This document shows positions 32,010 through 41,743 of a stretch of 64,000 nucleotides of DNA, in pieces. A model generated the notes under the pieces. It saw nothing but the letters and a program-made list of their open reading frames with translations. It had not been told where the DNA came from and did no database searches. Within the stretch, counting starts at the first letter, position 1, and every line of letters begins with the position of its first letter. Location: assembly GCA_963828775.1 (NCBI GenBank), contig CAWHGX010000025.1, positions 41,377 to 105,376 of the forward strand, given 5' to 3'. The position numbers and the translations under genes are program-made. Source of the DNA: an uncultured Bacteroidales bacterium (GTDB lineage Bacteria > Bacteroidota > Bacteroidia > Bacteroidales > VadinHA17).

Positions 32010-33503
32010 ATGGAAGAAAAGGTAATAATTTTCGATACTACCCTCAGGGATGGAGAACAGGTGCCCGGGTGCCAGCTGAATACCGTTGAAAAGATCCAGG
32101 TGGCACAGGCTCTTGAAGCTCTGGGTGTCGACATTATCGAAGCCGGATTCCCGATTTCCAGCCCTGGTGATTTCAGATCTGTCGTTGAAATATCAAAGGC
32201 TGTTACGGAACCGGTAATATGCGCTTTAACACGTGCTGTAAAAAAAGATATTGAAGTGGCAGCTGAAGCGTTGCAGTACGCAAAAAAGAAAAGAATACAT
32301 ACAGGAATCGGAACATCTCCTTTTCATATAAAATACAAGATCAGGACAACACCCGAGGAGATTCTCAGGAGAGCGGTTGATGCAGTAAAATATGCCAGGA
32401 AATTTGCGGACGATGTGGAGTTCTATGCTGAAGATGCAGGAAGAAGCGAGAACGATTATCTGGCAAAGGTTATCGAGGCAGTCATAAAAGCCGGGGCAAC
32501 CGTAGTAAATATTCCTGATACAACAGGGTATTGCCTCCCTGAACAGTATGGAGAAAAGATCAGGTACCTTAAAGAGAATGTCTCAAACATTGATAAGGCA
32601 ACCATATCAACACATTGTCACAATGATCTGGGAATGGCAACAGCCAACACAATAATGGGTGTGCTAAACGGTGCACGACAGGTTGAGGTCACTATTAACG
32701 GTATAGGGGAGCGGGCCGGCAACACATCTCTCGAAGAGGTGGCAATGATAATCAAAAGTCACCATGCCATGAAGCTGAGGACAGATATCAATTCAAAACT
32801 CATTTTCAGTACCAGCAGGCTTGTATCAACACTCATGAGCATGCCCGTGCAGGCGAACAAGGCTATTGTGGGAAGAAATGCCTTTGCACATTCTTCAGGG
32901 ATCCACCAGGATGGCGTGCTTAAATTCAGGGAGAATTACGAAATTATTGATCCTCATGAGGTTGGGATAAAGGAATCTTCGATCATCCTTACTGCCCGCA
33001 GCGGACGGGCTGCACTTAATCACAGGCTTGAAACACTGGGTTATAATTTCGGAAAAGAGGAGCTTGATGATATTTACCACCGTTTTCTTCTTCTTGCCGA
33101 TAAGAAGAAAGAGATAAATGACGAAGATTTAAGAATACTCTCGGGTGAAGTTTTCTCAGGCGAGAAAGCCCTGAAACTTGAACTTCTCCAGGTTACATGC
33201 GGGAAATCAGCCATACCCGTGGCAACTGTAGGAATCCGGATCAACGGTGAGGTTCATACCTCAACCGCCTCGGGAAACGGACCGATCGATGCTTCATTCA
33301 CGGCAGTAAAACACCTGATCAGCAAAACCGTTCACCTCGAAGAGTTTCTGATCCAGGCTATCACAAAAGGAAGCGATGATATCGGGAAAGTACATATCCA
33401 GATTGAACACCAGGGGAAAATCTATTATGGATTTTCTGCAAATGTTGACATTATAACCGCGTCAGTGGAGGCATTCATTGATGCAATATCAAAAATAAAA
33501 TAA
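32010..33503 (+). CDS. leuA: 2-isopropylmalate synthase
   Basis: 497-aa ORF. It has [23 protein letters not shown] and a C-terminal LeuA dimerisation/regulatory domain. Confidence 0.9.
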   Translation: MEEKVIIFDTTLRDGEQVPGCQLNTVEKIQVAQALEALGVDIIEAGFPISSPGDFRSVVEISKAVTEPVICALTRAVKKDIEVAAEALQYAKKKRIHTGIGTSPFHIKYKIRTTPEEILRRAVDAVKYARKFADDVEFYAEDAGRSENDYLAKVIEAVIKAGATVVNIPDTTGYCLPEQYGEKIRYLKENVSNIDKATISTHCHNDLGMATANTIMGVLNGARQVEVTINGIGERAGNTSLEEVAMIIKSHHAMKLRTDINSKLIFSTSRLVSTLMSMPVQANKAIVGRNAFAHSSGIHQDGVLKFRENYEIIDPHEVGIKESSIILTARSGRAALNHRLETLGYNFGKEELDDIYHRFLLLADKKKEINDEDLRILSGEVFSGEKALKLELLQVTCGKSAIPVATVGIRINGEVHTSTASGNGPIDASFTAVKHLISKTVHLEEFLIQAITKGSDDIGKVHIQIEHQGKIYYGFSANVDIITASVEAFIDAISKIK

Positions 33504-33576
33504 CCCCCATCCCCCCAAGGGGGGTTAAAAATCAAAAGCAATAATCTGCCCCCCCTTTGGGGGGGTTGGGGGGTAG
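33502..33576 (+). repeat. C-run/G-run nested-hairpin intergenic element (copy E3)
   Basis: TAA-CCCCC-AT-CCCCCC-AA-GGGGGG-TTAAAAATCAAAAGCAATAATCT-GCCCCCCC-TTT-GGGGGGG-TT-GGGGGG-TAG. It starts inside the leuA stop codon. Confidence 0.7.
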
Positions 33577-33619
33577 AAAAACATTAAAAAAACCATCTGA
33601 ATTAACAGAATAATCAATA

Positions 33620-35023
33620 ATGGTACCAAAAACACTTTTTGATAAGATCTGGGATTCACATGTTGTGCAATCGATCAGTGGAGGACCCGATGTCCTTTAT
33701 ATCGATCAGCATTACATCCATGAAGTGACCAGTCCGCAGGCATTCAATGGCTTGAAGGAAAGGGGAATAAGAGTATTAAGACCTGAAAGAACACTTGCCA
33801 CTGCTGACCATAATGTACCTACTGTCAATCAGGATATGCCGATCTGTGAGGAGCTTTCAAGGATCCAGGTGGAGAGGCTTGCTGAAAACTGCAGAGATTA
33901 CGGAATAGAATTTTTCGGCCTTAATCATCCAAAAAACGGCATTGTTCACGTGATCGGTCCTGAACTGGGATATACAAGACCTGGCATGACAATAGTCTGC
34001 GGCGACAGTCATACATCTACTCATGGAGCCTTTGGTACCATTGCATTTGGTATCGGCACCAGCGAAGTTGAGATGGTGCTGGCAACACAATGCATCCTTC
34101 AGCCCAAACCCAGGAAGATGAGGATCACCATCAACGGAAAATTGCAAAAAGGTGTAACCTCAAAAGATGTGATCATGTATATCATATCACAGATATCGAC
34201 TGGTGGGGCTACCGGTTATTTTGTAGAATATGCGGGACCTGTGATCAAAAGCCTGACCATGGAAGGAAGAATGACAATCTGCAATATGAGTATTGAAATG
34301 GGAGCACGCGGCGGACTTATAGCTCCGGATGAAAAAACTTTCAGGTACCTGAAGGAACGTCCCTCATTACCTGAAAGTTTCGACTGGAACTCCCTGCTGT
34401 TGAAATGGAAAGAGCTGAAAAGCGATGAGGGAGCCGGGTTTGACCGTGAAATGGAATTAAACGGGAACCTTATCAGACCAATGATAACTTTCGGTACCAA
34501 TCCCGGAATGACTATTGCAATCGATGATTCTATCCCTTCTGCGGATGATATCTTCAGCGAAGATTCTGCTTCATTCCTGAAATCGCTCGACTACATGGGT
34601 TTTGTTCCGGGGATGAAACTTCTGGGACAACCAGTCGACTATGTCTTCTTAGGCAGCTGTACCAATGGAAGAATTGAAGATCTAAGGGCATTTACACAGC
34701 TTGTCAAGGGTAGAAAAAAGGCTTCCTCAATAACAGCCCTGATCGTACCCGGATCAAAAGCTGTTGAAAGGAAGGCAATCGATGAGGGCCTGGATAAGAT
34801 CCTGGCAAAGGCAGGTTTTGAATTAAGGCAGCCGGGATGTTCCTCCTGTCTTGCCATGAATGAAGATAAGATCCCGTCAGGTAAATATGTCGTTTCCTCA
34901 ACGAACAGGAATTTTGAAGGCCGCCAGGGTCCCGGAGCAAGGACACTGCTTGCAAGTCCTGTTACTGCAGCCGCTGCAGCAATAACAGGCAGGATAACCG
35001 ATCCCCGTGAATTCATTGATTAG
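33620..35023 (+). CDS. leuC: 3-isopropylmalate dehydratase large subunit
   Basis: 467-aa ORF with the aconitase-family motifs [14 protein letters not shown] and [11 protein letters not shown]. Confidence 0.92.
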   Translation: MVPKTLFDKIWDSHVVQSISGGPDVLYIDQHYIHEVTSPQAFNGLKERGIRVLRPERTLATADHNVPTVNQDMPICEELSRIQVERLAENCRDYGIEFFGLNHPKNGIVHVIGPELGYTRPGMTIVCGDSHTSTHGAFGTIAFGIGTSEVEMVLATQCILQPKPRKMRITINGKLQKGVTSKDVIMYIISQISTGGATGYFVEYAGPVIKSLTMEGRMTICNMSIEMGARGGLIAPDEKTFRYLKERPSLPESFDWNSLLLKWKELKSDEGAGFDREMELNGNLIRPMITFGTNPGMTIAIDDSIPSADDIFSEDSASFLKSLDYMGFVPGMKLLGQPVDYVFLGSCTNGRIEDLRAFTQLVKGRKKASSITALIVPGSKAVERKAIDEGLDKILAKAGFELRQPGCSSCLAMNEDKIPSGKYVVSSTNRNFEGRQGPGARTLLASPVTAAAAAITGRITDPREFID

Positions 35024-35047
35024 AAAATCAAAATAAAAATACCTGAA

Positions 35048-35644
35048 ATGCCAAAAGAGAAATTAAATATACTGGAATCAACCTGCGTTCCCCTGCCCTT
35101 TGAAAACGTGGATACCGATCAGATCATCCCGGCAAGATTTCTTAGCGCAACTTCACGGGAAGGCTTTGGTGAAAATCTCTTCCGCGACTGGAGATTTGAT
35201 AAAACCGGTGAAAAAAATATGGAATTTGTTCTTAATAATCAAATATATAGTGGCAAGATCCTGGTGACCGGAAAAAACTTTGGCAGCGGATCGAGCCGCG
35301 AACATGCTGTATGGGCTATTTATGATTACGGATTCAGGGCTGTGGTGTCAAGTTTCTTCGCCGATATTTTTAAGAACAATGCCCTTAACAATGGATTGCT
35401 TCCGGTTATCGTTCCTGAAAAATTCATCCATAACCTTATTAATCTTGTCCGGAGAAAACCGGAATCACTGGTCAGAATAGACCTTGAGGAACAAATGGTT
35501 ACAGTTCTCACGACCGGGGATTCAATCAGGTTTGAAATAAATCCATACAAGAAAGAATGTCTGTTAAAGGGGCTCGATGATATAGATTATCTTCTTGGTA
35601 TAAAGGATCTTATAACTTCATTTGAAACTAAAAGAAAGTGGTAA
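35048..35644 (+). CDS. leuD: 3-isopropylmalate dehydratase small subunit
   Basis: 198-aa ORF with the aconitase swivel-domain motif GKNFGSGSSREHA. Confidence 0.92.
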   Translation: MPKEKLNILESTCVPLPFENVDTDQIIPARFLSATSREGFGENLFRDWRFDKTGEKNMEFVLNNQIYSGKILVTGKNFGSGSSREHAVWAIYDYGFRAVVSSFFADIFKNNALNNGLLPVIVPEKFIHNLINLVRRKPESLVRIDLEEQMVTVLTTGDSIRFEINPYKKECLLKGLDDIDYLLGIKDLITSFETKRKW

Positions 35645-35645
35645 A

Positions 35646-37205
35646 ATGAGAATTGAAATAATGGATACGACCCTGAGGGATGGAGAGCAGACACAGGGAG
35701 TATCATACTCCCCTCTGGAAAAGCTCCATATAGCTACCATACTCCTGAAAGATGTTAAGGTCGACCGTATCGAAGTTGCATCCGCACGTGTTTCTTCAGG
35801 AGAATTTGAAGCCTTGAGGAAGATCACTGAGTGGGCACGTCAGAATAATCTTCAGCGGAAAGTTGAAGTTCTTGGTTTTGTTGACGGAGAGGTTTCGTTG
35901 AACTGGATAAATAATGCAGGAGGAAAAGTGGACAATCTTCTGTGCAAAGGATCATTGCGTCACCTGGAGAAGCAGTTGCGCAAGACTCCTGAACAACATG
36001 TGTTTGATATTAAAGGTATTATCAGGAGAGCTGAAGAACTGGATATGCAGGTCAACATATACCTTGAAGACTGGTCAAATGGCATGATTAATTCAGAAGA
36101 CTATGTGTTTTATATGACTGACAATCTGAAAGATGAAAAAATTGCCAGATTTATGCTGCCTGATACTCTCGGAATTTTGAATCCTGATCAGACATACACC
36201 TTCTGTAAAAAAATGATTGACAGGTATCCATCCCTTCATTTTGATTTTCATCCTCATAATGATTATGATCTGGCTGTAGCCAATGTTTTTTCTGCGGTCA
36301 GGGCAGGTGTAAAGGGTGTTCATACCACAATTAACGGATTGGGTGAAAGAGCAGGTAATGCTCCTCTTTCAAGTGTGGTAGGAGTATTGCACGATCAGCT
36401 TAAAGCTGAAACAGGCATTGATGAATATGAAATTACCAAAGCCAGTAAAATTGTGGAGACATTCAGCGGGATAAGAATTCCGGTCAATAAGCCGGTAATC
36501 GGTGAAAATGTTTTCACCCAGACTTCAGGAGTTCATGCTGACGGCGACACCAAGGACAACCTCTATTATAATAATCTCCTCCCCGAAAGGTTTGGAAGAA
36601 AAAGGAAATATGCTCTGGGTAAACAATCGGGTAAGGCCACAATAAGGAAAAATCTTGAGGAGTTCGGGCTGGACCTGAATCCCGAATCACTTGCAAAGGT
36701 AACCCAGCGTGTTATTGAACTTGGCGACAAAAAGGAAAATGTCACTACCGAGGATTTGCCATTTATAATCTCTGATGTCCTTGGAAACGACAGGGCTGAT
36801 TATAAGATCTTCATAAAGAATTATTCGCTTTCGTTATCATTCGGACTTAAGCCTTTTGCAAGCGTTCAGATCGAAATAGACGGTAATATTTACCAGGAAA
36901 CCTCTTCGGGTGATGGTCAGTATGATGCCTTTATGAAAGCGCTGAGAGTAATTTATGACCGGCTTGGCAAAGAGCTTCCCAATCTGACGGATTACGAGGT
37001 TTCAATACCTCCGGGAGGAAAGACAGATGCCCTGGTTGAGACAGTTATTACATGGAATTTCAAAAACAGGGAATTCAGGACAAAGGGGCTTGATGCCGAT
37101 CAGACAGAATCGGCAATAAAAGCAACAGAGAAGATGCTGAATATAGTTGAAAACAATGAAATCAGAATTGGCGATAAAATTCTGACCAACAACTGCAATG
37201 AATAA
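35646..37205 (+). CDS. cimA: LeuA-paralogous synthase, probable (R)-citramalate synthase
   Basis: The ORF track starts at 35622. The likely start is ATG 35646 ([18 protein letters not shown]), 2 nt after the leuD stop. It has the HMGL-like domain (HPHNDYDLAVAN) plus a LeuA-type C-terminal domain. It is a second paralogue, located between leuD and leuB. Confidence 0.7.
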   Translation: MRIEIMDTTLRDGEQTQGVSYSPLEKLHIATILLKDVKVDRIEVASARVSSGEFEALRKITEWARQNNLQRKVEVLGFVDGEVSLNWINNAGGKVDNLLCKGSLRHLEKQLRKTPEQHVFDIKGIIRRAEELDMQVNIYLEDWSNGMINSEDYVFYMTDNLKDEKIARFMLPDTLGILNPDQTYTFCKKMIDRYPSLHFDFHPHNDYDLAVANVFSAVRAGVKGVHTTINGLGERAGNAPLSSVVGVLHDQLKAETGIDEYEITKASKIVETFSGIRIPVNKPVIGENVFTQTSGVHADGDTKDNLYYNNLLPERFGRKRKYALGKQSGKATIRKNLEEFGLDLNPESLAKVTQRVIELGDKKENVTTEDLPFIISDVLGNDRADYKIFIKNYSLSLSFGLKPFASVQIEIDGNIYQETSSGDGQYDAFMKALRVIYDRLGKELPNLTDYEVSIPPGGKTDALVETVITWNFKNREFRTKGLDADQTESAIKATEKMLNIVENNEIRIGDKILTNNCNE

Positions 37206-37225
37206 TAATCCATAACAGACACCTG

Positions 37226-38293
37226 ATGATGAAATCCTATAATATTGCCGTAATCCCCGGTGATGGTACTGGCCCGGAAGTTGTGAGAGAAGGCAGGAAA
37301 GTTCTGAGTACTGCTGCTTCAAAATTTGGCTTTCAGATAAATTACGAAGAATTTGATTTTGGCGGAGAACGTTATCTGAGAACCGGGGAAGTGCTGCCTG
37401 AATCAGCTCCGGAACAGCTGAAAAAGTTTGATTCAATTTTTCTCGGTGCTATCGGACACCCCGATGTCAAACCGGGAATTCTTGAAAAAGGTATTCTGCT
37501 CAGGCTTCGTTTTGAACTGGATCAATATATAAATCTTCGTCCTGTCAAACTATATCCCGGGGTGGCTACTCCTCTTAAAGACAAGGGGCCGGAACATATC
37601 GATTACGTTGTAGTCAGGGAAAATACCGGTGATGTATATACCGGTTCCGGCGGTGTGACCATGAAGGGAACCCCGCATGAAGTAGCAATACAGAATATGG
37701 TATATACCCGGATGCAGGTTGAACGATGCCTCAGGTATGCTTTTGAATATACCCGGAAGAGAAACAGAAAAAAGACCCTGGCACTTTGCGGTAAGACTAA
37801 TGTGCTGACATATGTTTTCGATCTCTGGGAAAGGGCTTTTCATGAAATCGGGAAAGCGGATTATCCGGATATTAACCGTGAATACTATCATGTCGATGCA
37901 ACCTGCATGTGGATGGTGAAAAATCCGGAATGGTTCGATGTTATTGTCACCACCAATATGTTCGGGGATATAATAACCGACCTTGGCGCAATAACACAGG
38001 GGGGAATGGGAATTGCAGCAGGGGGAAATATAAATCCTGAAGGAGTTTCGATGTTTGAACCAATTGGCGGTTCTGCCCCGAAGTATACCGGCAAAAATGT
38101 AATTAATCCTTTGGCTGCTATAGCATCTGCAGGAATGATGCTTGAACATCTTGGGGAAGAAAAGGCTGCCCGTGCTATAGAGAATGCCATTATGGATGTA
38201 ACGGCAAACAAAATAAAAGACCTTGGAGCCGGCAAAATGGGATTTTCCACTACCGGGGTAGGCGATCTGGTGGCTGAAAGGGTTGGTAATTAA
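37226..38293 (+). CDS. leuB: 3-isopropylmalate dehydrogenase
   Basis: 355-aa ORF with IAVIPGDGTGPEV and NMFGDIITDLGA. Confidence 0.9.
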   Translation: MMKSYNIAVIPGDGTGPEVVREGRKVLSTAASKFGFQINYEEFDFGGERYLRTGEVLPESAPEQLKKFDSIFLGAIGHPDVKPGILEKGILLRLRFELDQYINLRPVKLYPGVATPLKDKGPEHIDYVVVRENTGDVYTGSGGVTMKGTPHEVAIQNMVYTRMQVERCLRYAFEYTRKRNRKKTLALCGKTNVLTYVFDLWERAFHEIGKADYPDINREYYHVDATCMWMVKNPEWFDVIVTTNMFGDIITDLGAITQGGMGIAAGGNINPEGVSMFEPIGGSAPKYTGKNVINPLAAIASAGMMLEHLGEEKAARAIENAIMDVTANKIKDLGAGKMGFSTTGVGDLVAERVGN

Positions 38294-38304
38294 TAATTTT
38301 TTAC

Positions 38305-38312
38305 TATATTTG
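38305..38312 (+). promoter_or_regulatory. -7 box candidate (TATATTTG) for the his unit
   Basis: Exact TAnnTTTG match 12 nt after the leuB stop and 19 nt upstream of the His leader ATG. Confidence 0.4.
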
Positions 38313-38330
38313 CATTCAGAATATTAATAA

Positions 38331-38387
38331 ATGAAATCCATTCAATTACAGCACCATCATTTTCATTATTGCTCTCAGGCGATCTGA
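38331..38387 (+). promoter_or_regulatory. His-rich leader peptide ORF (his attenuator)
   Basis: ATG 38331 .. TGA 38385-38387 encodes MKSIQLQHHHFHYCSQAI, with 4 His in 5 consecutive codons (CAC CAT CAT TTT CAT). Confidence 0.7.
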
Positions 38388-38420
38388 AAATGATATGCGT
38401 AATTTTAAAATATCATAAAC

Positions 38421-38450
38421 CCGTCTGAGCAGATCAGGCGGTTTTTTTTT
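38421..38450 (+). terminator. Intrinsic terminator of the his attenuator
   Basis: Stem CCGTCTGA (38421-38428) / TCAGGCGG (38434-38441) with one G-U pair, loop GCAGA, then T9 (38442-38450). It ends 36 nt before the hisG ATG. Confidence 0.7.
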
Positions 38451-38485
38451 CCCGCCAGGTTTGCTCAGACTAAACAAAAAGTAAA

Positions 38486-39343
38486 ATGAGCAGACTGAAA
38501 ATTGCAATCCAGAAGAGAGGCCGGTTAAGCGAAACCTCCCATAAATTACTTGAGGAGTGCGGTATAAAATTCTCAAACGGAGTTGATGTCCTGAAAACCG
38601 AAGCTGTTAATTTTCCTGTTGAGATCCTGTTCCTGAGGGATGACGACATCCCCCAGTATGTAGAACAAAATGTTGCAGATATCGGGATCCTGGGAGAAAA
38701 CATTGTCTTCGAAAAGAAAAAAGATGTTGCGATCCTTGATCAGCTTGGATTTGCTCATTGCCGGCTAAGCCTTGCGATACCAAAAGAAGGATCTTTCACT
38801 GGTCCTGAGTATTTTATGAATAAAAAGATAGCGACCAGCTACCCGAGGCTTCTGAGTGATTACCTTAACGAAAATAATATCAAGGCTGAAATTGAGGAGA
38901 TAAGCGGAAGCGTGGAGATAGCACCGGGGATAGGACTGGCAGATGCGGTATGCGATATTGTCAGTTCAGGCAGTACACTGATGACCAATGGCTTACGCGA
39001 AGTAGTTACTATCCTGAAAAGCCAGGCAGTATTAATCTCAAACAAAAATCTTGATGAGCATAAGCAAAATATCCTGAATAAGCTCCTTTTCAGAATAAGA
39101 GCCGTGAAAAATGCCAGGGAGAACAAATACATCCTTTTGAACGCTCCCCTGGAGGCCCTGCCGCAAATATGCAAAATCCTTCCCGGTATGAAAAGTCCTA
39201 CAATACTTCCGCTGGAAGAAAAAGGCTGGTGCAGTATCCATTCAGTTGTCAAGGAGGATGAATTCTGGGACAGGATAAACCAGTTAAAAAAAGCAGGGGC
39301 TGAAGGAATACTTGTAATACCTATCGAAAAGATGATATTGTAA
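38486..39343 (+). CDS. hisG: ATP phosphoribosyltransferase (long form)
   Basis: 285-aa ORF starting MSRLKIAIQKRGRLSE, with DIVSSGSTL and a C-terminal regulatory domain. Confidence 0.9.
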   Translation: MSRLKIAIQKRGRLSETSHKLLEECGIKFSNGVDVLKTEAVNFPVEILFLRDDDIPQYVEQNVADIGILGENIVFEKKKDVAILDQLGFAHCRLSLAIPKEGSFTGPEYFMNKKIATSYPRLLSDYLNENNIKAEIEEISGSVEIAPGIGLADAVCDIVSSGSTLMTNGLREVVTILKSQAVLISNKNLDEHKQNILNKLLFRIRAVKNARENKYILLNAPLEALPQICKILPGMKSPTILPLEEKGWCSIHSVVKEDEFWDRINQLKKAGAEGILVIPIEKMIL

Positions 39344-39429
39344 TGATATATGATTGATATATAATTGATATATGATTGATATATGATTGATATATAATTG
39401 ATACATGATTGATATATAATTGATATTAT
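39344..39429. repeat. 11-bp tandem array (TRATTGATATA x about 7.8) filling the whole hisG-hisD spacer
   Basis: TTGATA recurs at 39354, 39365, 39376, 39387, 39398, 39409 and 39420, an exact 11-bp period. Units alternate between TGATTGATATA and TAATTGATATA. Confidence 0.9.
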
Positions 39430-40719
39430 ATGAGGACTATTGTTAATCCCTCCAGGAAAACATGGGAGTCCCTGTGCCAGAGACCCCAATTCGGAAGGTC
39501 AGGGCTTGAAGATATAGTCTCCGGCATTTTGCAGAAGGTAAGAAATGAAGGGGACAAATCTCTTTTTGAGTTGTCTGAACAGTTTGATGGAGCAGTTCCC
39601 GGAAATCTCAGAGTGCCTCATTCCGAAATTGAAAGTGCCGGCAGAAAAGTACCTGAAAAACTCCGGAAAGCAATCGGTACAGCAAAAGCAAACATCGGGA
39701 AATTTCACAGGGCTCAACTGAGAAATGAAAAGGTAACAGAAACAACAAAAGGAGTAAAATGCTGGAGGAAAAGTGTTCCGATCGGGAAAGCGGGACTATA
39801 TATTCCCGGAGGGACAGCTCCCCTCTTTTCAACCGTACTGATGCTGGCTGTTCCTGCAAAGATTGCCGGATGCAGGGAGATCATCCTCTGTACGCCACCT
39901 GATAAAAACGGTGAAGTCAATCCCCTCATATTGTATGCAGGATTCACCGCCGGAGTTACGGATATTTTTGCTGTCGGCGGGGCACAGGCTATCGCTGCCA
40001 TGGCTTACGGAACCGAAAGTATACCAAAGGTTGATAAGATCTTTGGCCCGGGTAATCAGTATGTTACAAAGGCTAAAGAGATGGTTCAGCTTGACGGGAT
40101 CCCAATAGATATGCCGGCCGGTCCCAGCGAAGTGCTGGTCATCGCTGATAAGAATGCCGATCCGGCCTTCATAGCTTCGGATCTGTTAGCTCAGGCAGAA
40201 CACGGACCTGACAGCCAGGTATTCCTGCTGACAGATACTGCAGATATAATTAAAAGCGTAAAGAAAGAAATCCAAATGCAGTCAGGACTCTTACCCAGAA
40301 AAGAAATTGCTCTTATGGCTCTTGATAACAGCTCCTTAATTCTGCTTGACACAATTGATGAATGCATGGAATTCAGTAATCTCTATGCTCCTGAACATCT
40401 GATAATATCTGTATCAGATCCTTTGGTTCTGGCAGAAAAAGTAACAAATGCAGGATCGGTATTCATTGGTAAATACAGCTGTGAGAGTGCAGGAGACTAT
40501 GCTTCCGGAACCAACCACACACTGCCGACCAACGGTCATGCAAAAAACTTCAGCGGTGTTTCAACAGAGAGTTTCATGAAGATGATAACGTTCCAGGAAA
40601 TATCGGCGGAAGGTCTGAAAAACCTTGGACCTGTTATTGAAGTGATGGCTGAAGCCGAACAATTGTACGGTCATAAGAATGCTGTTACACTGCGATTAAA
40701 ATCCCTGGAAAATGACTGA
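39430..40719 (+). CDS. hisD: Histidinol dehydrogenase
   Basis: 429-aa ORF with LYIPGGTAPLFSTVLM and AQAEHGPDSQ. Confidence 0.92.
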   Translation: MRTIVNPSRKTWESLCQRPQFGRSGLEDIVSGILQKVRNEGDKSLFELSEQFDGAVPGNLRVPHSEIESAGRKVPEKLRKAIGTAKANIGKFHRAQLRNEKVTETTKGVKCWRKSVPIGKAGLYIPGGTAPLFSTVLMLAVPAKIAGCREIILCTPPDKNGEVNPLILYAGFTAGVTDIFAVGGAQAIAAMAYGTESIPKVDKIFGPGNQYVTKAKEMVQLDGIPIDMPAGPSEVLVIADKNADPAFIASDLLAQAEHGPDSQVFLLTDTADIIKSVKKEIQMQSGLLPRKEIALMALDNSSLILLDTIDECMEFSNLYAPEHLIISVSDPLVLAEKVTNAGSVFIGKYSCESAGDYASGTNHTLPTNGHAKNFSGVSTESFMKMITFQEISAEGLKNLGPVIEVMAEAEQLYGHKNAVTLRLKSLEND

Positions 40720-41743
40720 TACCGACAAATTGTTAAGAGAAAATATAAGGTCCCTTGTCCCCTACTCCTGTGCACGGGATGAGTTCAGGGGTAAGGACGA
40801 AATATTCATGGATGCCAATGAGAATCCCTACGGTACCCTTAACAGATACCCGGACCCTTATCAGCTGGAACTCAAATCATCGATAAGCAGGATCAGGGGT
40901 GTTCCCGAAGAAAATATTTTCCTGGGAAACGGAAGCGACGAAATTATTGATCTCTGCTTCAGGATATTCTGTAATCCCGGAGTTGATAAAGCGCTGACAT
41001 TCTCTCCGACTTACGGCATGTATGAGGTTTCAGCAGCCATAAATAATGTGGAACTGATAAAGGTTCCGCTTTCCGGTGATTTCCAGATTGAGACAAAAAA
41101 TGTACTCCCGTTTCTGAAGGATCCCCGCCTGAAACTGATCTTTATCTGCTCACCAAACAATCCGACCGGCAATTCAATGGACGGTTCAGCAATTGAATCT
41201 GTTATTTCGACCTTTAATGGCATTGTTATTATTGATGAGGCATATATTGATTTTTCAGAACAGCCTTCATTCATAACCAGGCTAAAAAGTTACCGTAACC
41301 TGATCGTGATGCAGACCTTCAGCAAGGCTATGGGACTGGCCGCAGCAAGAGTCGGATTGGCATTCATGGCTCCTCCTATGGTACGTTATTTCAACAAGGT
41401 AAAACCACCGTATAATATCAGTGCAATAAATCAAAAAGCAGCATTAAAGTCCCTTGCACGCTCCGAGTTATTAAAAAACAGGGTGAGAAGGATCAAAAAT
41501 GAAAGAGAGAGGCTCACGGGGTGTCTCAGAGAAATGAATATCATAGAAAGGGTGTTTAAATCCGATTCAAATTTTATCCTGGTAAAAACCAGAAATGCTG
41601 ATTTGATTTATTCAATACTGGTTGATAATAAAATCATTGTAAGGAACAGGAACAAGGTTGTTCCCGGATGCCTGAGGATAACAGTCGGAACAATAAGTGA
41701 AAATAATAAACTGATAAAAATCCTGCGAAAAATTAAGATATGA
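40712..41743 (+). CDS. hisC: Histidinol-phosphate aminotransferase
   Basis: 343-aa ORF with CSPNNPTG and the PLP-lysine motif QTFSKAMGLA. It overlaps hisD by 8 nt. Confidence 0.9.
   Translation: MTDTDKLLRENIRSLVPYSCARDEFRGKDEIFMDANENPYGTLNRYPDPYQLELKSSISRIRGVPEENIFLGNGSDEIIDLCFRIFCNPGVDKALTFSPTYGMYEVSAAINNVELIKVPLSGDFQIETKNVLPFLKDPRLKLIFICSPNNPTGNSMDGSAIESVISTFNGIVIIDEAYIDFSEQPSFITRLKSYRNLIVMQTFSKAMGLAAARVGLAFMAPPMVRYFNKVKPPYNISAINQKAALKSLARSELLKNRVRRIKNERERLTGCLREMNIIERVFKSDSNFILVKTRNADLIYSILVDNKIIVRNRNKVVPGCLRITVGTISENNKLIKILRKIKI

Noticed and set aside
37550-38149. Long antisense ORFs inside conserved genes. Examples are 37550..38149 (199 aa, opposite leuB), 51542..52231 (229 aa, opposite trpB2), 46585..47085, 31448..31933, 21887..22420, and 38860..39489 (which runs across the 11-bp repeat).
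   Set aside because: Each lies entirely opposite a strongly conserved, well-supported CDS or a repeat. Each translates to low-complexity or Cys/His/Arg-rich sequence with no recognisable motif. These are typical shadow ORFs.
39344-39429. The tandem array in the hisG-hisD spacer, considered as a possible CRISPR array.
   Set aside because: The units are 11 bp and directly abut with no unique spacers. No cas genes or leader are present. It is a simple tandem repeat.
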